This document shows, piece by piece, positions 1 to 8,755 of a stretch of 33,610 bases of DNA (its first letter is position 1; every line of letters starts with the position of its first letter). This stretch comes from a virus. A model generated the notes under the pieces. The model saw only the letters and a program-made list of their open reading frames with translations. It was not told the origin of the DNA and did no database searches. The stretch lies in IMG/VR virus record IMGVR_UViG_3300032240_001203, positions 1-33,610 of that record; one strand, 5' to 3'. The position numbers were made by a program, and so were the translations under genes.

Positions 1-123
1 CTGAAGGTGAGTACGTATATGTTCAGGCTGCTTCGTCAGTCGCTCAATACGATGCTGTAGCCATCTCCCGTACTTACACAGTAGCGTCTCTGACGACTAC
101 GACTGCTGGTAGCAATACTTTGC
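1..123. repeat. Terminal overlap, identical to 33488-33610 (circular closure or terminal redundancy)
   Basis: Read directly: ctgaaggtgagtacgtatatg...ggtagcaatactttgc occurs at both ends with no mismatch that I can see. Confidence 0.95.
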
Positions 124-389
124 AGATCGGAATCGCTCAGGCTGCACTTGCTACTAACGAGTATGGTTGGGTATGGATTGGCGGCGCTATGGGCGGCGGA
201 ACTGGCAAGGGCGTAAAGGCAAACGTATCGGCAGCTGTATCTGCTGGTGCTAACCTTAACACCACTGCTACTGCTGGATCAGTATCGTCAACTTCTACAA
301 CTCTCATCAAGAATCTCGCTGCCGCTGGCACGACTTCTGGATCGGGAAGCGTTGAGGTTCTTTCGACTGGTTACCTGTCAGTAAACTAG
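1..389 (+). CDS. 3' part of the same junction-spanning gene (stop TAG 387-389)
   Basis: Same frame as 33391 (positions congruent to 0 mod 3). Joined length is 486 nt, i.e. 161 aa plus stop. Followed by a hairpin and T-run. Confidence 0.6.
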   Translation, partial: EGEYVYVQAASSVAQYDAVAISRTYTVASLTTTTAGSNTLQIGIAQAALATNEYGWVWIGGAMGGGTGKGVKANVSAAVSAGANLNTTATAGSVSSTSTTLIKNLAAAGTTSGSGSVEVLSTGYLSVN

Positions 390-396
390 CCAATTA

Positions 397-426
397 GGGG
401 GGTGCTAGTTCAGGCCCCCCGCTTTT
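397..426 (+). terminator. Rho-independent terminator candidate (G6 / C6 stem, then GCTTTT)
   Basis: GGGGGG 397-402 pairs with CCCCCC 415-420; T-run at 423-426; lies 8 nt after the stop codon. Confidence 0.55.
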
Positions 427-437
427 GAGGAGTCTAT

Positions 438-848
438 ATGTCACTCATGACTGATTTGGTTGGCTTGGGGCTCCCGCCTCAGCAGGCTGAAAAGATTGGT
501 ACTCCGACTATTGATGCTCTTCCAGTCTATCCGGCTGGCGCAGCATTAACAGCGGCAGGCTCAAGCATTACTGACGCTCTTTTGCTTACAGCTACGGTCA
601 ACAATGTTACGACCGCAGCAGCAAGCACTGGAGTTAAGCTTAATGCAAATACTCCGATTGGTGCGATTGTTGTAGTGCGAAATGGTGGGGCTAACGATCT
701 TAAGCTCTATCCTTCCTCTGCATCTGATCAGATCAATGGAACAACGGCTGGTTCAGCAATTACGCTGACCACTGCTAATAAGCAGATTGCTACTTGCACT
801 CGTGTTAGCTCAACCCTTTGGGTGGCTACTGTTGCAACTGGTACTTAA
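438..848 (+). CDS. Hypothetical virion-module protein, 136 aa; C-terminal beta-rich motif resembles the C-terminus of the 1027-aa fibre
   Basis: GAGGAG SD 6 nt upstream. Long ORF between two terminator-like hairpins. The motif G.IVVVRN...SDQING...ITL...LWVA parallels GQIYVIKA...SSQTIF...ITM...NWIA at 29300-29478. Confidence 0.7.
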   Translation: MSLMTDLVGLGLPPQQAEKIGTPTIDALPVYPAGAALTAAGSSITDALLLTATVNNVTTAAASTGVKLNANTPIGAIVVVRNGGANDLKLYPSSASDQINGTTAGSAITLTTANKQIATCTRVSSTLWVATVATGT

Positions 849-854
849 TGCACA

Positions 855-881
855 GGGGGGTGAAAGTCCCCCCATATTTTT
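855..881 (+). terminator. Rho-independent terminator candidate (GGGGGG-tgaaagt-CCCCCC then ATATTTTT)
   Basis: Perfect 6-bp G/C stem 855-860 / 868-873, with a T-run at 877-881. Confidence 0.6.
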
Positions 882-890
882 AGGATTCTT

Positions 891-1208
891 ATGACCTGTT
901 ACGCTGGAAATACAACTACCACAACCCCAACAGTAAACTCAGGCGCAAACGTCACTTTGCTTGCAGCTAATCCATTCCGTAAGTTCCTGCTTATTCAAAA
1001 CAATTCGGCTGCTGACATAGCCATAGGGTTTGAAGGTCAGACCCTTACAGGAATTGCCCCAACTTCAACCAATAAGTGTTTTGTACTGAAAAGCACCGCC
1101 GGATTAAACATTGTTAGATTCGACGGCTTTTTTGTACCAGCTAGTGCCATCACGGTTTACCAGACCAGTGGGGCGGCTATTAACACTGTTACGGTTGTTG
1201 AGGCGTAG
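891..1208 (+). CDS. Hypothetical small virion-module protein, 105 aa
   Basis: ORF with TAGGA upstream, in the same operon and orientation; Thr/Asn-rich beta-type composition. Confidence 0.65.
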   Translation: MTCYAGNTTTTTPTVNSGANVTLLAANPFRKFLLIQNNSAADIAIGFEGQTLTGIAPTSTNKCFVLKSTAGLNIVRFDGFFVPASAITVYQTSGAAINTVTVVEA

Positions 1209-1256
1209 TGCTATAAAGTTAGATAGGCATAACGCCTATTTAACCTTAGGAGAATT

Positions 1257-1949
1257 ATGGCACAAATTGACTGGAATAGTTTAATGAATGGGTCATCTCA
1301 ATTCAAGAAACGCTATTCAGGCGCAAATGTGAAGTTTTTTAACGCCTATAACGAGAACAAGCAAAAGAGCCTTGATGCTGGCCGTGCAGTATTTGATGAG
1401 ATCCCTTCTATTTCAATTCAGTGGCCTGGTGGGGATGAGACCGTTAGACGTATTGAGCCACAAGATGTGCAGGACTACCCACAGGAGTACGCTGCATTTA
1501 CGGCTGGTAATGCCCCTATAGAGAATGGCACACCTCTTGCTGAATGGCCCCCTATGAATGGGTCGGCTATGCGAGAACTTCAATACATGGGTTTTAAGAC
1601 CGTTGAGCAACTTGCTGAGACAAACGACGATGTTAAGCGCCGGATGGGTCCGCTTTCTCAGTTTGTACAAAAGGCTAAGGATTGGCTGGATGCAGCTAAT
1701 TCGTCGCAGTTTGAGGTTACATCTCTTCGCCAACAGCTTGAGCGTGAAAAGAAGCGCACGGCTAAGTTGGAGCAGCAGATGGAGCTATTGATGCAACGCA
1801 TAGAGGGCAACGAGGGAATTGACCTTCGTCCACGTCGAAAGGAGGTGATCCAATCACTTGAGGCTGAGGAGCTTCTTGAGGAAGGTTCTCAGGATGACGT
1901 AGGGGATGTAGAGCCTGCTAAACGAAGGGGCAGACCAAGAAAGGTATGA
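1257..1949 (+). CDS. Structural-module protein, 230 aa; coiled-coil and acidic C-terminal half ending in an AT-hook-like KRRGRPRK
   Basis: TAGGAG SD upstream; ATGA overlap with the next gene; GRP core with flanking K/R at 1920-1946. Confidence 0.7.
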   Translation: MAQIDWNSLMNGSSQFKKRYSGANVKFFNAYNENKQKSLDAGRAVFDEIPSISIQWPGGDETVRRIEPQDVQDYPQEYAAFTAGNAPIENGTPLAEWPPMNGSAMRELQYMGFKTVEQLAETNDDVKRRMGPLSQFVQKAKDWLDAANSSQFEVTSLRQQLEREKKRTAKLEQQMELLMQRIEGNEGIDLRPRRKEVIQSLEAEELLEEGSQDDVGDVEPAKRRGRPRKV

Positions 1950-2809
1950 GCTTAAAAACGATAGTTACGAATGTTGCAAATGAAGCTGGCTATACAGTCG
2001 ATAGCAATATCATCTCGTCAACAGACGTAACTACGAAACAGCTCAAAGCGATTGCATCTAGGGTCAGCAGAGAAATGGCATACGCCTATCCCTGGCCCCA
2101 GATGTACGCTTCCGCTTCTATTACAATTCAATCAGGTGTTGCCAGCTATCCGCTTCCATCGGCGTTTAGCTGGTATCACTATGAGACTTTCTGGAACAGC
2201 TCAACTCGCTGGAGAATCTTGGGACCAATGAGTCCGCAAGAGTATGCTGAGCTTAGAGGTTATGGTCTTAACGTAACTGTTTATCAGCGATTTCAAATCA
2301 AAGGCATTGGCAATAACCAGCTATTCATTAGCCCAACGCCACCATCTCAAAACAACGGCAACGTAATCATATTTGAGTATATTGCTGAGCGCAGTGTTAA
2401 ACCTGCTGATTGGGCTTCTGGAACTACCTTTGCCGCTAGTGCTTACACATTCAATGACGGCAACTACTATGTAACTACCGCTGGTGGAGTTTCTGGCTCA
2501 ACTGCCCCAACGCATACGAGCGGCTCAGCATCCGATGGCGGAGTCACTTGGACTTATTACAACGGTCCATACAATGATTTCTTAGCAGATACAGATCAAA
2601 GCGTATTTAATGAAAAAACATTGGAGCTTGGCGTTTTGGAGCGATTTGCTGAGATTCACGGACTCGATACAATTCAGCCGAGGTTCTTGGCTAAGTTGGA
2701 CGAAGATTACTCAAAGAAACAACACAGTAAAATTCTTTACGCTGGCGGTCATACTCGGGCAGAACTTTTTGCTCGTAATGGCACAGCAGTATTTGGGACT
2801 TGGACATAA
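1946..2809 (+). CDS. Virion structural protein, 287 aa (possibly a head-tail adaptor or tail component; function not established)
   Basis: Translationally coupled on both sides (ATGA at 1946, TAATG at 2809); assignment rests on position in the structural block only. Confidence 0.45.
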   Translation: MSLKTIVTNVANEAGYTVDSNIISSTDVTTKQLKAIASRVSREMAYAYPWPQMYASASITIQSGVASYPLPSAFSWYHYETFWNSSTRWRILGPMSPQEYAELRGYGLNVTVYQRFQIKGIGNNQLFISPTPPSQNNGNVIIFEYIAERSVKPADWASGTTFAASAYTFNDGNYYVTTAGGVSGSTAPTHTSGSASDGGVTWTYYNGPYNDFLADTDQSVFNEKTLELGVLERFAEIHGLDTIQPRFLAKLDEDYSKKQHSKILYAGGHTRAELFARNGTAVFGTWT

Positions 2810-4251
2810 TGGCACCACAAGCAACACCACCACCTCCAGCAAAGAATATGAGTCAAATGCAATACTTTATGCAGTTGACTCAAATGGGCTACCCAGTGCC
2901 AGCTGCCTATGCTGCTACTAGCCAATACTTTGGTCCTCAATCTCAAGCCAACGCTCAATCTAATGCGGCATTAGGACAAACGGGTGGAATGATAGCAGGT
3001 CTTGCTGGAGCTTATTTGGCTCGCAATGGGTTTAAACTTCCTACATCGTTAGGTGGTAGCTCTGATGCTAATGTTATTGAAACTAAATCTCAAGTTACTG
3101 AAGTTGGATCGACTACCATGCCTGATGGTTCGCCTGGGACATTGATGTCAGACGGTGGGAAAATTGGGCAAAATGGTAAAATTGTAAATCCAGATGGTAG
3201 TTCTGGCGGATCTTTGCAAGGGCAAGCGCTCGCTGGATTGCAAATCGCTGGGGGAGCAGCGCAAGCATATAACGGATATAAACAATATCAAGGCGGAGAA
3301 AAGCTCGGTGGAGCTGCAAATATGGCAGGCGGAGCGTACGGAACTGCTGCTGGCGCTCAAAGCCTTGCTAATGGAGGAACAGCCGGATCTTTAGGAGAAT
3401 ATGTTCCTGCCGTGGGTACTGCTGTTGCGGCAGCTCAAATCGGACAGAACATGTTGAACGAAAAAGGATCTAGTGAAGATAGAGCGGCAAAATCTCAAGC
3501 AGAAGCAGAAAAAGCTGCATTGCTTTGGATCCCTGGCTATGGATGGGTCGCTTATGCTGCGTTAGCTGGATTAGACGCTATGACTGGCGGCAAAGCCACT
3601 CAAGCGCTCATGAAGTTCAATAAGTTCAGTAACAAACTAACTGATAAAATTGATTTTGGTCTTGGAAAAAGCATCCGAAGTAAAGTGTTTCATCAATCTA
3701 CTAAAGGCGTTCAAGAAATGCACAGTGGGCAATTGATGCAAGAATCTAGTGACCCTCAATGGCGAAATTATGTTGCAGGGATGAGAGGGCAAGTAGAAGA
3801 AGGACCAAAAAATAAAGAAGCTCCGTTCGCTGGCAAATACAAAACATTTGACGAGTACAAACAGGCAGGATTGCAAGCAAACGATCTTACAGGAGTATAC
3901 GGTAACCTTGATGCGTTCAATCCAAGCTATGCAAGCAAAGCCAGCGTACCGGATTGGTCAAAGCTTACGTTTGATCAGCAAAAAGCCGTTACGCAGCGCT
4001 TAATTAATGAAGATATGTATTCATCAAAAAAAGGTGAAGTTGTAATTGGCGATAAAGAAAAAGCTCGTAAAATATACGAAGAAATGGCTAAAACAAATTT
4101 TAGCGCTTCCTCAAAACAACAAAAAAATACAGCTACCTCACAAATTACGGTTAAACCGCCAGTGCCATTAAATACGTCAACAACACCAATACAAAATACT
4201 GCAAAAAAGAAATCTATTAGAGATATTTTAGAATCATACATGAATAAATAA
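2809..4251 (+). CDS. Gly/Ala-rich virion protein, about 480 aa (possible internal/ejection protein)
   Basis: The ATG at 2809 overlaps the upstream TAA. The track start at 2800 is TTG, so I prefer the ATG. Long G/A-rich N-terminal half and Lys-rich C-terminus. Confidence 0.5.
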   Translation: MAPQATPPPPAKNMSQMQYFMQLTQMGYPVPAAYAATSQYFGPQSQANAQSNAALGQTGGMIAGLAGAYLARNGFKLPTSLGGSSDANVIETKSQVTEVGSTTMPDGSPGTLMSDGGKIGQNGKIVNPDGSSGGSLQGQALAGLQIAGGAAQAYNGYKQYQGGEKLGGAANMAGGAYGTAAGAQSLANGGTAGSLGEYVPAVGTAVAAAQIGQNMLNEKGSSEDRAAKSQAEAEKAALLWIPGYGWVAYAALAGLDAMTGGKATQALMKFNKFSNKLTDKIDFGLGKSIRSKVFHQSTKGVQEMHSGQLMQESSDPQWRNYVAGMRGQVEEGPKNKEAPFAGKYKTFDEYKQAGLQANDLTGVYGNLDAFNPSYASKASVPDWSKLTFDQQKAVTQRLINEDMYSSKKGEVVIGDKEKARKIYEEMAKTNFSASSKQQKNTATSQITVKPPVPLNTSTTPIQNTAKKKSIRDILESYMNK

Positions 4252-4260
4252 GGATAAACT

Positions 4261-4950
4261 ATGCAGCGTGGAACAGTTCTAAAAGGTGCTCTCGCTAGAA
4301 TGCCACAAAACTCACCTCGTCCTGCAATGGATGATGGGCGAATATATGCTGGTGGCAATCCCAACTTCAATGAACAGACTGGTAGGTATAACGCTCCTCA
4401 GCAACCAGTTGCGGCGCATTATACAAGTCAGGTTGGTCAGCCGCCTATGCAGCAATCAAATGTAGGGCAATATGTAAACCCTGCTGGTCAGCCTTCAACT
4501 CAAGGCATGGCACCTATGCGACCACACTACATGGAGCAAATTGGACAAGCGCCAATGCAGCCTATGCCGCAACAAGTTAATGGTATGGCACCTGCTGGGC
4601 ACATGCGAGATCCTCGGTTAAATGTTTTTTCCCCTGAGCATCAACAGCCAATGAATCCAGGCAATCCAAGTAATCCTGGGATGGCTATGCCAGCTGGAAT
4701 GCCAACTCAATCAAATTGGAACCCAAATCTGAACGTGTTTTTCCATCAGCCACAAGGAATGGCTCAAAACAATATGCAGCCGATTCCTAAAGCTCCTGGA
4801 TTTGGAATGCAGCCGATTCCTAAAACTCCTGGATTTGGATGGGCAGGAATGGACCCAAGGAGACCTGGAGTATCTTTGCCTGATTATATGAATACTGTTC
4901 AGAATGCGGTACCAGCTAGTCAGCCTCGACCATTCTTTTTTAACCGATAA
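4261..4950 (+). CDS. Pro/Gln/Met/Asn-rich low-complexity protein, 229 aa
   Basis: ORF in the operon; composition read from the translation; contains a 2 x 33-bp tandem repeat. Confidence 0.65.
   Translation: MQRGTVLKGALARMPQNSPRPAMDDGRIYAGGNPNFNEQTGRYNAPQQPVAAHYTSQVGQPPMQQSNVGQYVNPAGQPSTQGMAPMRPHYMEQIGQAPMQPMPQQVNGMAPAGHMRDPRLNVFSPEHQQPMNPGNPSNPGMAMPAGMPTQSNWNPNLNVFFHQPQGMAQNNMQPIPKAPGFGMQPIPKTPGFGWAGMDPRRPGVSLPDYMNTVQNAVPASQPRPFFFNR
4774..4839 (+). repeat. Tandem 2 x 33-bp in-frame repeat (MQPIPKAPGFG / MQPIPKTPGFG)
   Basis: atgcagccgattcctaaaGctcctggatttgga at 4774-4806 is repeated at 4807-4839 with one substitution. Confidence 0.95.
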
Positions 4951-4965
4951 TAGGAATAGTGACTA

Positions 4966-6585
4966 ATGCCATTCCAAGGCTACACAATGCCGCCTCCCTC
5001 GTTGGGATTGGATCTAGTAACTCCAATCGACAACATGGATCCGGCATCAGCATTAGAATTGGTTAACATATTTCCGGGAGCGAGTGCTCCAACGGTCCGC
5101 CTTGGCTATACACAGATTGTTGATTTATCGACTGTTACAGGGGGCACAGCATCGCCAATTAGAATGCTTGCTGAGTTCCCAAGAGCTGATGGAACATCTC
5201 AGCTAATCTCTGCACAGGACACGGCTATATTCTCCACAAGCTCTGCTGGCGTTACAACTAACGTAAGCAGAACCGTCGGAGGGGCATATACTTCTGGCAA
5301 ATGGAACAAGGAGCTGTTTGGTAAGCTAGGTGATGGATACTTCATGTATCTTGCCAATGCCTATGGAGATACGCCTCAGGTGTATAGCGGTACTGGCACG
5401 TTTCAAAATATCAAAGCAACTCTTAGAGGCGGAACTGCCATTACAGAGCTTTCAAACGTAGCTTCATATCGTAATCGATTGTATTGGACTCAACGCAATA
5501 CGTTGACCATGTGGTATGACAAAACGGTAAATAGCACGTTCTATTCTACTTCTGTTGTGATGGATAGTTACGACTTTAGCGGCATTATGCGCCGTGGAGG
5601 TTCGTTACTGTTCATCGGAAACTATACCAATCAAAACGGTATTAACCCTCAAGATTACTTTGTCGCCGTAACAAGCGAAGGTGAGGTGGCTGTTTATACG
5701 GGAAGCAGTCCTGATGCATCATCAACCAACGATACTTGGGCATTAGTATCGCATTTTCAAATTGGCAAGCCGCTTGGACCCAAAGCGTTTATCAGAGTTA
5801 ATCAGGACTTTTGGATCATTACCCAGCAGGGTATTGTTCCAATGTCATCCTTGTTTCAGACCGATCCAGAACAAGCTCTTAACATTGTCAGTTTTAAGAT
5901 CAATCCACTAATCAGTCAGTACGCCACTCAGGTCGCTTTAAGCGAAATGTGGACGGGATTCTTTTGGGGTGCTGGTCGAAGAGTTTACGTCACGTTACCT
6001 GACAGTCCATCATCGGCTACGCTTTTGGTTTATAGCATCGATTCTAAGTCCTGGACGCAGTTTGCTTTGAATCAGGGAGAACATGCCATAGCTTCCTATA
6101 GGTTTAATAACCTGCCTCACTACGGTTCAAATACGGGCATTATATACCAGGGCGAAACTGGGTACGCTGATGCAGTAACTCCTACTTCCGAAGGACAAGC
6201 CATTACTTTCATTTGTAGAACGGCATTTAGCTTTTATGGCTCTCGGGGCAATTTCAAAGCGTTTAAGGATATTCGTCCGCTTCTCAAGTGCAAGCGAGGC
6301 AATACATTCAACATAGGGCTAGACACTAACTTCCAGCGGCAAAGTGTTTTATCTGCTGTAACGGTTCCATCCACGGTATTTACAGCTTGGGGCAGCACTG
6401 GAGGAACTCCAACCTATACGCCTTGGGGATCTTCCTGGTCAGGCGATATTGAATACATATATGACCGTCACGCAACGGCAGGACAGGGGCATTGTGCAGC
6501 CATCCGTTTTGGTGGCGCTATCAAAAACTCATCCTGTCAAATAATAGCTTTTGAAGTACGATATGACATAGGTGGGCAGGTATAG
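4966..6585 (+). CDS. Large structural protein, 539 aa (possible tail tube/nozzle component; function not established)
   Basis: Long ORF in the structural block with beta-rich composition; no motif that I can name. Confidence 0.45.
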   Translation: MPFQGYTMPPPSLGLDLVTPIDNMDPASALELVNIFPGASAPTVRLGYTQIVDLSTVTGGTASPIRMLAEFPRADGTSQLISAQDTAIFSTSSAGVTTNVSRTVGGAYTSGKWNKELFGKLGDGYFMYLANAYGDTPQVYSGTGTFQNIKATLRGGTAITELSNVASYRNRLYWTQRNTLTMWYDKTVNSTFYSTSVVMDSYDFSGIMRRGGSLLFIGNYTNQNGINPQDYFVAVTSEGEVAVYTGSSPDASSTNDTWALVSHFQIGKPLGPKAFIRVNQDFWIITQQGIVPMSSLFQTDPEQALNIVSFKINPLISQYATQVALSEMWTGFFWGAGRRVYVTLPDSPSSATLLVYSIDSKSWTQFALNQGEHAIASYRFNNLPHYGSNTGIIYQGETGYADAVTPTSEGQAITFICRTAFSFYGSRGNFKAFKDIRPLLKCKRGNTFNIGLDTNFQRQSVLSAVTVPSTVFTAWGSTGGTPTYTPWGSSWSGDIEYIYDRHATAGQGHCAAIRFGGAIKNSSCQIIAFEVRYDIGGQV

Positions 6586-6587
6586 TT

Positions 6588-7436
6588 ATGGCAGCAAAAG
6601 GCGCATTAGCAACAAATCCAAGCACTAATTCTGGGACGCATAAAAACGCTTCTGGTCAGTGGGTAAACAACGCTGGGCAACGAGTTGATGGTTATGGTCG
6701 AGTTATCAGTACTAATCCTTCTACTGGTCGGAATAGCAATGCTCCTGGAGCCAATCGAAGGCAGGGTTCGTTAGTTCCTGTTTCTAAATTTATCAAACAG
6801 GATCCTAAAGAGCAGATTAAAACTCTTGGCACTGGCGCAGGTGCTATTGGCGAAAAAGCTATGATTGGTGGATTGCAATATGATCCAAACAATCCAATGG
6901 CTCAATGGAATCCTCAGTTTGCTCAATACGCCGACAAAGCACAGCAAGCAGTAATGAATCAGTTTAATAGATCCATGGAGCCGCAGTTTGGAAGAGAGGA
7001 TGCTGACTTCCAACAGCGCATGGCAGAACAGGGAATAGATCCTAACAGCGGACGATACAAAGCCGAATATCAAAACCTTCAGCAATCGCATGATATGCAG
7101 CGACAAAACGCTATGGACCAGGCATATCAAACTGGACTTGCCGCTCAACAACAAGCGTTCAATCAGAATCAGCAAGCACAAATGACGCCATTCCAATTTG
7201 CTCAGGCGACTAATCCTTACTGGCAAATTCCTTACGAGACTCAGGCAGAGATATTGCGTCAGCAGATGGCTGGAAAAACCGCTATCGGCGTTGCAAACAT
7301 CGGAGCAAACGCATCTATGTTTGGCTCTGCTGTAGATTCTATGTCACGCAATCCATACACTCCATATCCGAGCACAACTAATGCAATCCTTCAAGGAGCT
7401 GTCTCTACACTTCCATATTGGTTTCAGGGATCATAA
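6588..7436 (+). CDS. Gln/Asn-rich virion protein, 282 aa (possible internal/ejection protein)
   Basis: The ATG lies 2 nt after the upstream stop; low-complexity Q/N-rich sequence. Confidence 0.55.
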   Translation: MAAKGALATNPSTNSGTHKNASGQWVNNAGQRVDGYGRVISTNPSTGRNSNAPGANRRQGSLVPVSKFIKQDPKEQIKTLGTGAGAIGEKAMIGGLQYDPNNPMAQWNPQFAQYADKAQQAVMNQFNRSMEPQFGREDADFQQRMAEQGIDPNSGRYKAEYQNLQQSHDMQRQNAMDQAYQTGLAAQQQAFNQNQQAQMTPFQFAQATNPYWQIPYETQAEILRQQMAGKTAIGVANIGANASMFGSAVDSMSRNPYTPYPSTTNAILQGAVSTLPYWFQGS

Positions 7437-7438
7437 CA

Positions 7439-8755
7439 ATGGCTAATAAAGAACTTTTAGCGGCTTTACTAGGCGCACAAGTAAAACCAGAAGATACTCT
7501 ATTTGGAACTGGGCTGGATGCTTTGTCAGCACGAGCACCACAGTTTTACAATCCATATATGAGCACTGGTAAAGCTCTAGGTGTTACTCTTGGGACTGGT
7601 CTTGCTAGTGCTCTTATGGGGCATCTGGCTAAGCTAGATGCAGCGCAGCAGAACGCTGAGATTCAACCATTGCTCGTTAAAGCATTGGGCGCTTCTAAGC
7701 CAGAGGATCTTGCCACAATCATGGCTTCTAAACATGCAGACAAGCTAAGCGGCATAGCTTTAAATGCTTATACAACTAATCTTGAAAACGCTCGCAAAGA
7801 AGCACAAAACAAGGCTGAGTTACAAAACAAGATATTGGAAAAGATTGCTGTTGCTGAAAACACTCCAGCGGCACAGAGAGCTGCAATATACGCACAGCTC
7901 GGAGTTAAACTTCCTGAAGTAGCTGCAACACCAGAATCGAAACCTATTGCCATACAAGAGCCACAGCAAGGAAAGTTTGGAGAGTATAAGCCTTATACAA
8001 CTAAACGAGATGAAATAATTAAAGAACAGATTGATCTTGGATTAACCCCAAATAAAGCTTCTGAAGAGGCTGATAAACGACTTACTCAAGAAACAGCGGC
8101 AAATAAGTCTATAAATAAAAAGATTGAAGATTCCAGAGCTGAAAGCAATAAAATGCAGGCTTTAGCAGCTACCGCAGAAGAAGGTATTGCTGGTGCTGGT
8201 GAAACTGGTGGACCAGCTCCATTGGCTAAAATAAGAGATATATTATCTAGTGTATATCAATATGCCCCCACCGAAGGGGGAGCAATAGAAAAAGAACAAA
8301 GAGCAAAAACAGCTTTGTTAGATTCCATAAAACCTCAAATTGTCAAAGCTAATCGCTCCCCTGGAGCTGTTACTGATTACGAAAATAAAATGATTCTTGG
8401 CGCTGGACCATCTAGCGACAAAACTCCAGCAGAAAATAGATCTTTGCTTAATCGCATGGAAAATGCAGCTAAGTTAGAAAGCGATTACGCAGATTTCTTA
8501 GAAGAATTTAGACAAGACAAAGGCGATGCAATTGGCGCAGATAAGCTTTGGAATGAATACAAAAAAGATGTTGTATTTAAAGGCGGCAAATTCAATTCAG
8601 ATAGAATCAGTTGGGAAGAATATATAAAAAACGCAAAGTTAACCAAAGATAATAAAATTGTTAAATTAGGTAGCGTTGATGATGCTGCTAAACAACGAGA
8701 AGCAATTATTGCCGAAATCAGAAAATTAGAAGCTGAGCAAGCAGCGGGAGAATAA
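7439..8755 (+). CDS. Internal virion/ejection protein candidate, 438 aa
   Basis: The ATG at 7439 lies 2 nt after the upstream TAA (7434-7436); the track start at 7418 is a non-ATG codon. Ala/Lys/Glu-rich helical composition. TAATG coupling to the next gene. Confidence 0.5.
   Translation: MANKELLAALLGAQVKPEDTLFGTGLDALSARAPQFYNPYMSTGKALGVTLGTGLASALMGHLAKLDAAQQNAEIQPLLVKALGASKPEDLATIMASKHADKLSGIALNAYTTNLENARKEAQNKAELQNKILEKIAVAENTPAAQRAAIYAQLGVKLPEVAATPESKPIAIQEPQQGKFGEYKPYTTKRDEIIKEQIDLGLTPNKASEEADKRLTQETAANKSINKKIEDSRAESNKMQALAATAEEGIAGAGETGGPAPLAKIRDILSSVYQYAPTEGGAIEKEQRAKTALLDSIKPQIVKANRSPGAVTDYENKMILGAGPSSDKTPAENRSLLNRMENAAKLESDYADFLEEFRQDKGDAIGADKLWNEYKKDVVFKGGKFNSDRISWEEYIKNAKLTKDNKIVKLGSVDDAAKQREAIIAEIRKLEAEQAAGE

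Noticed and set aside
1223-1239. Terminator after gene 891-1208 (ATAGGC-ataac-GCCTAT)
   Set aside because: It is a 6-bp A/T-containing stem with only two T residues following it. That is too weak to call, although it may attenuate.
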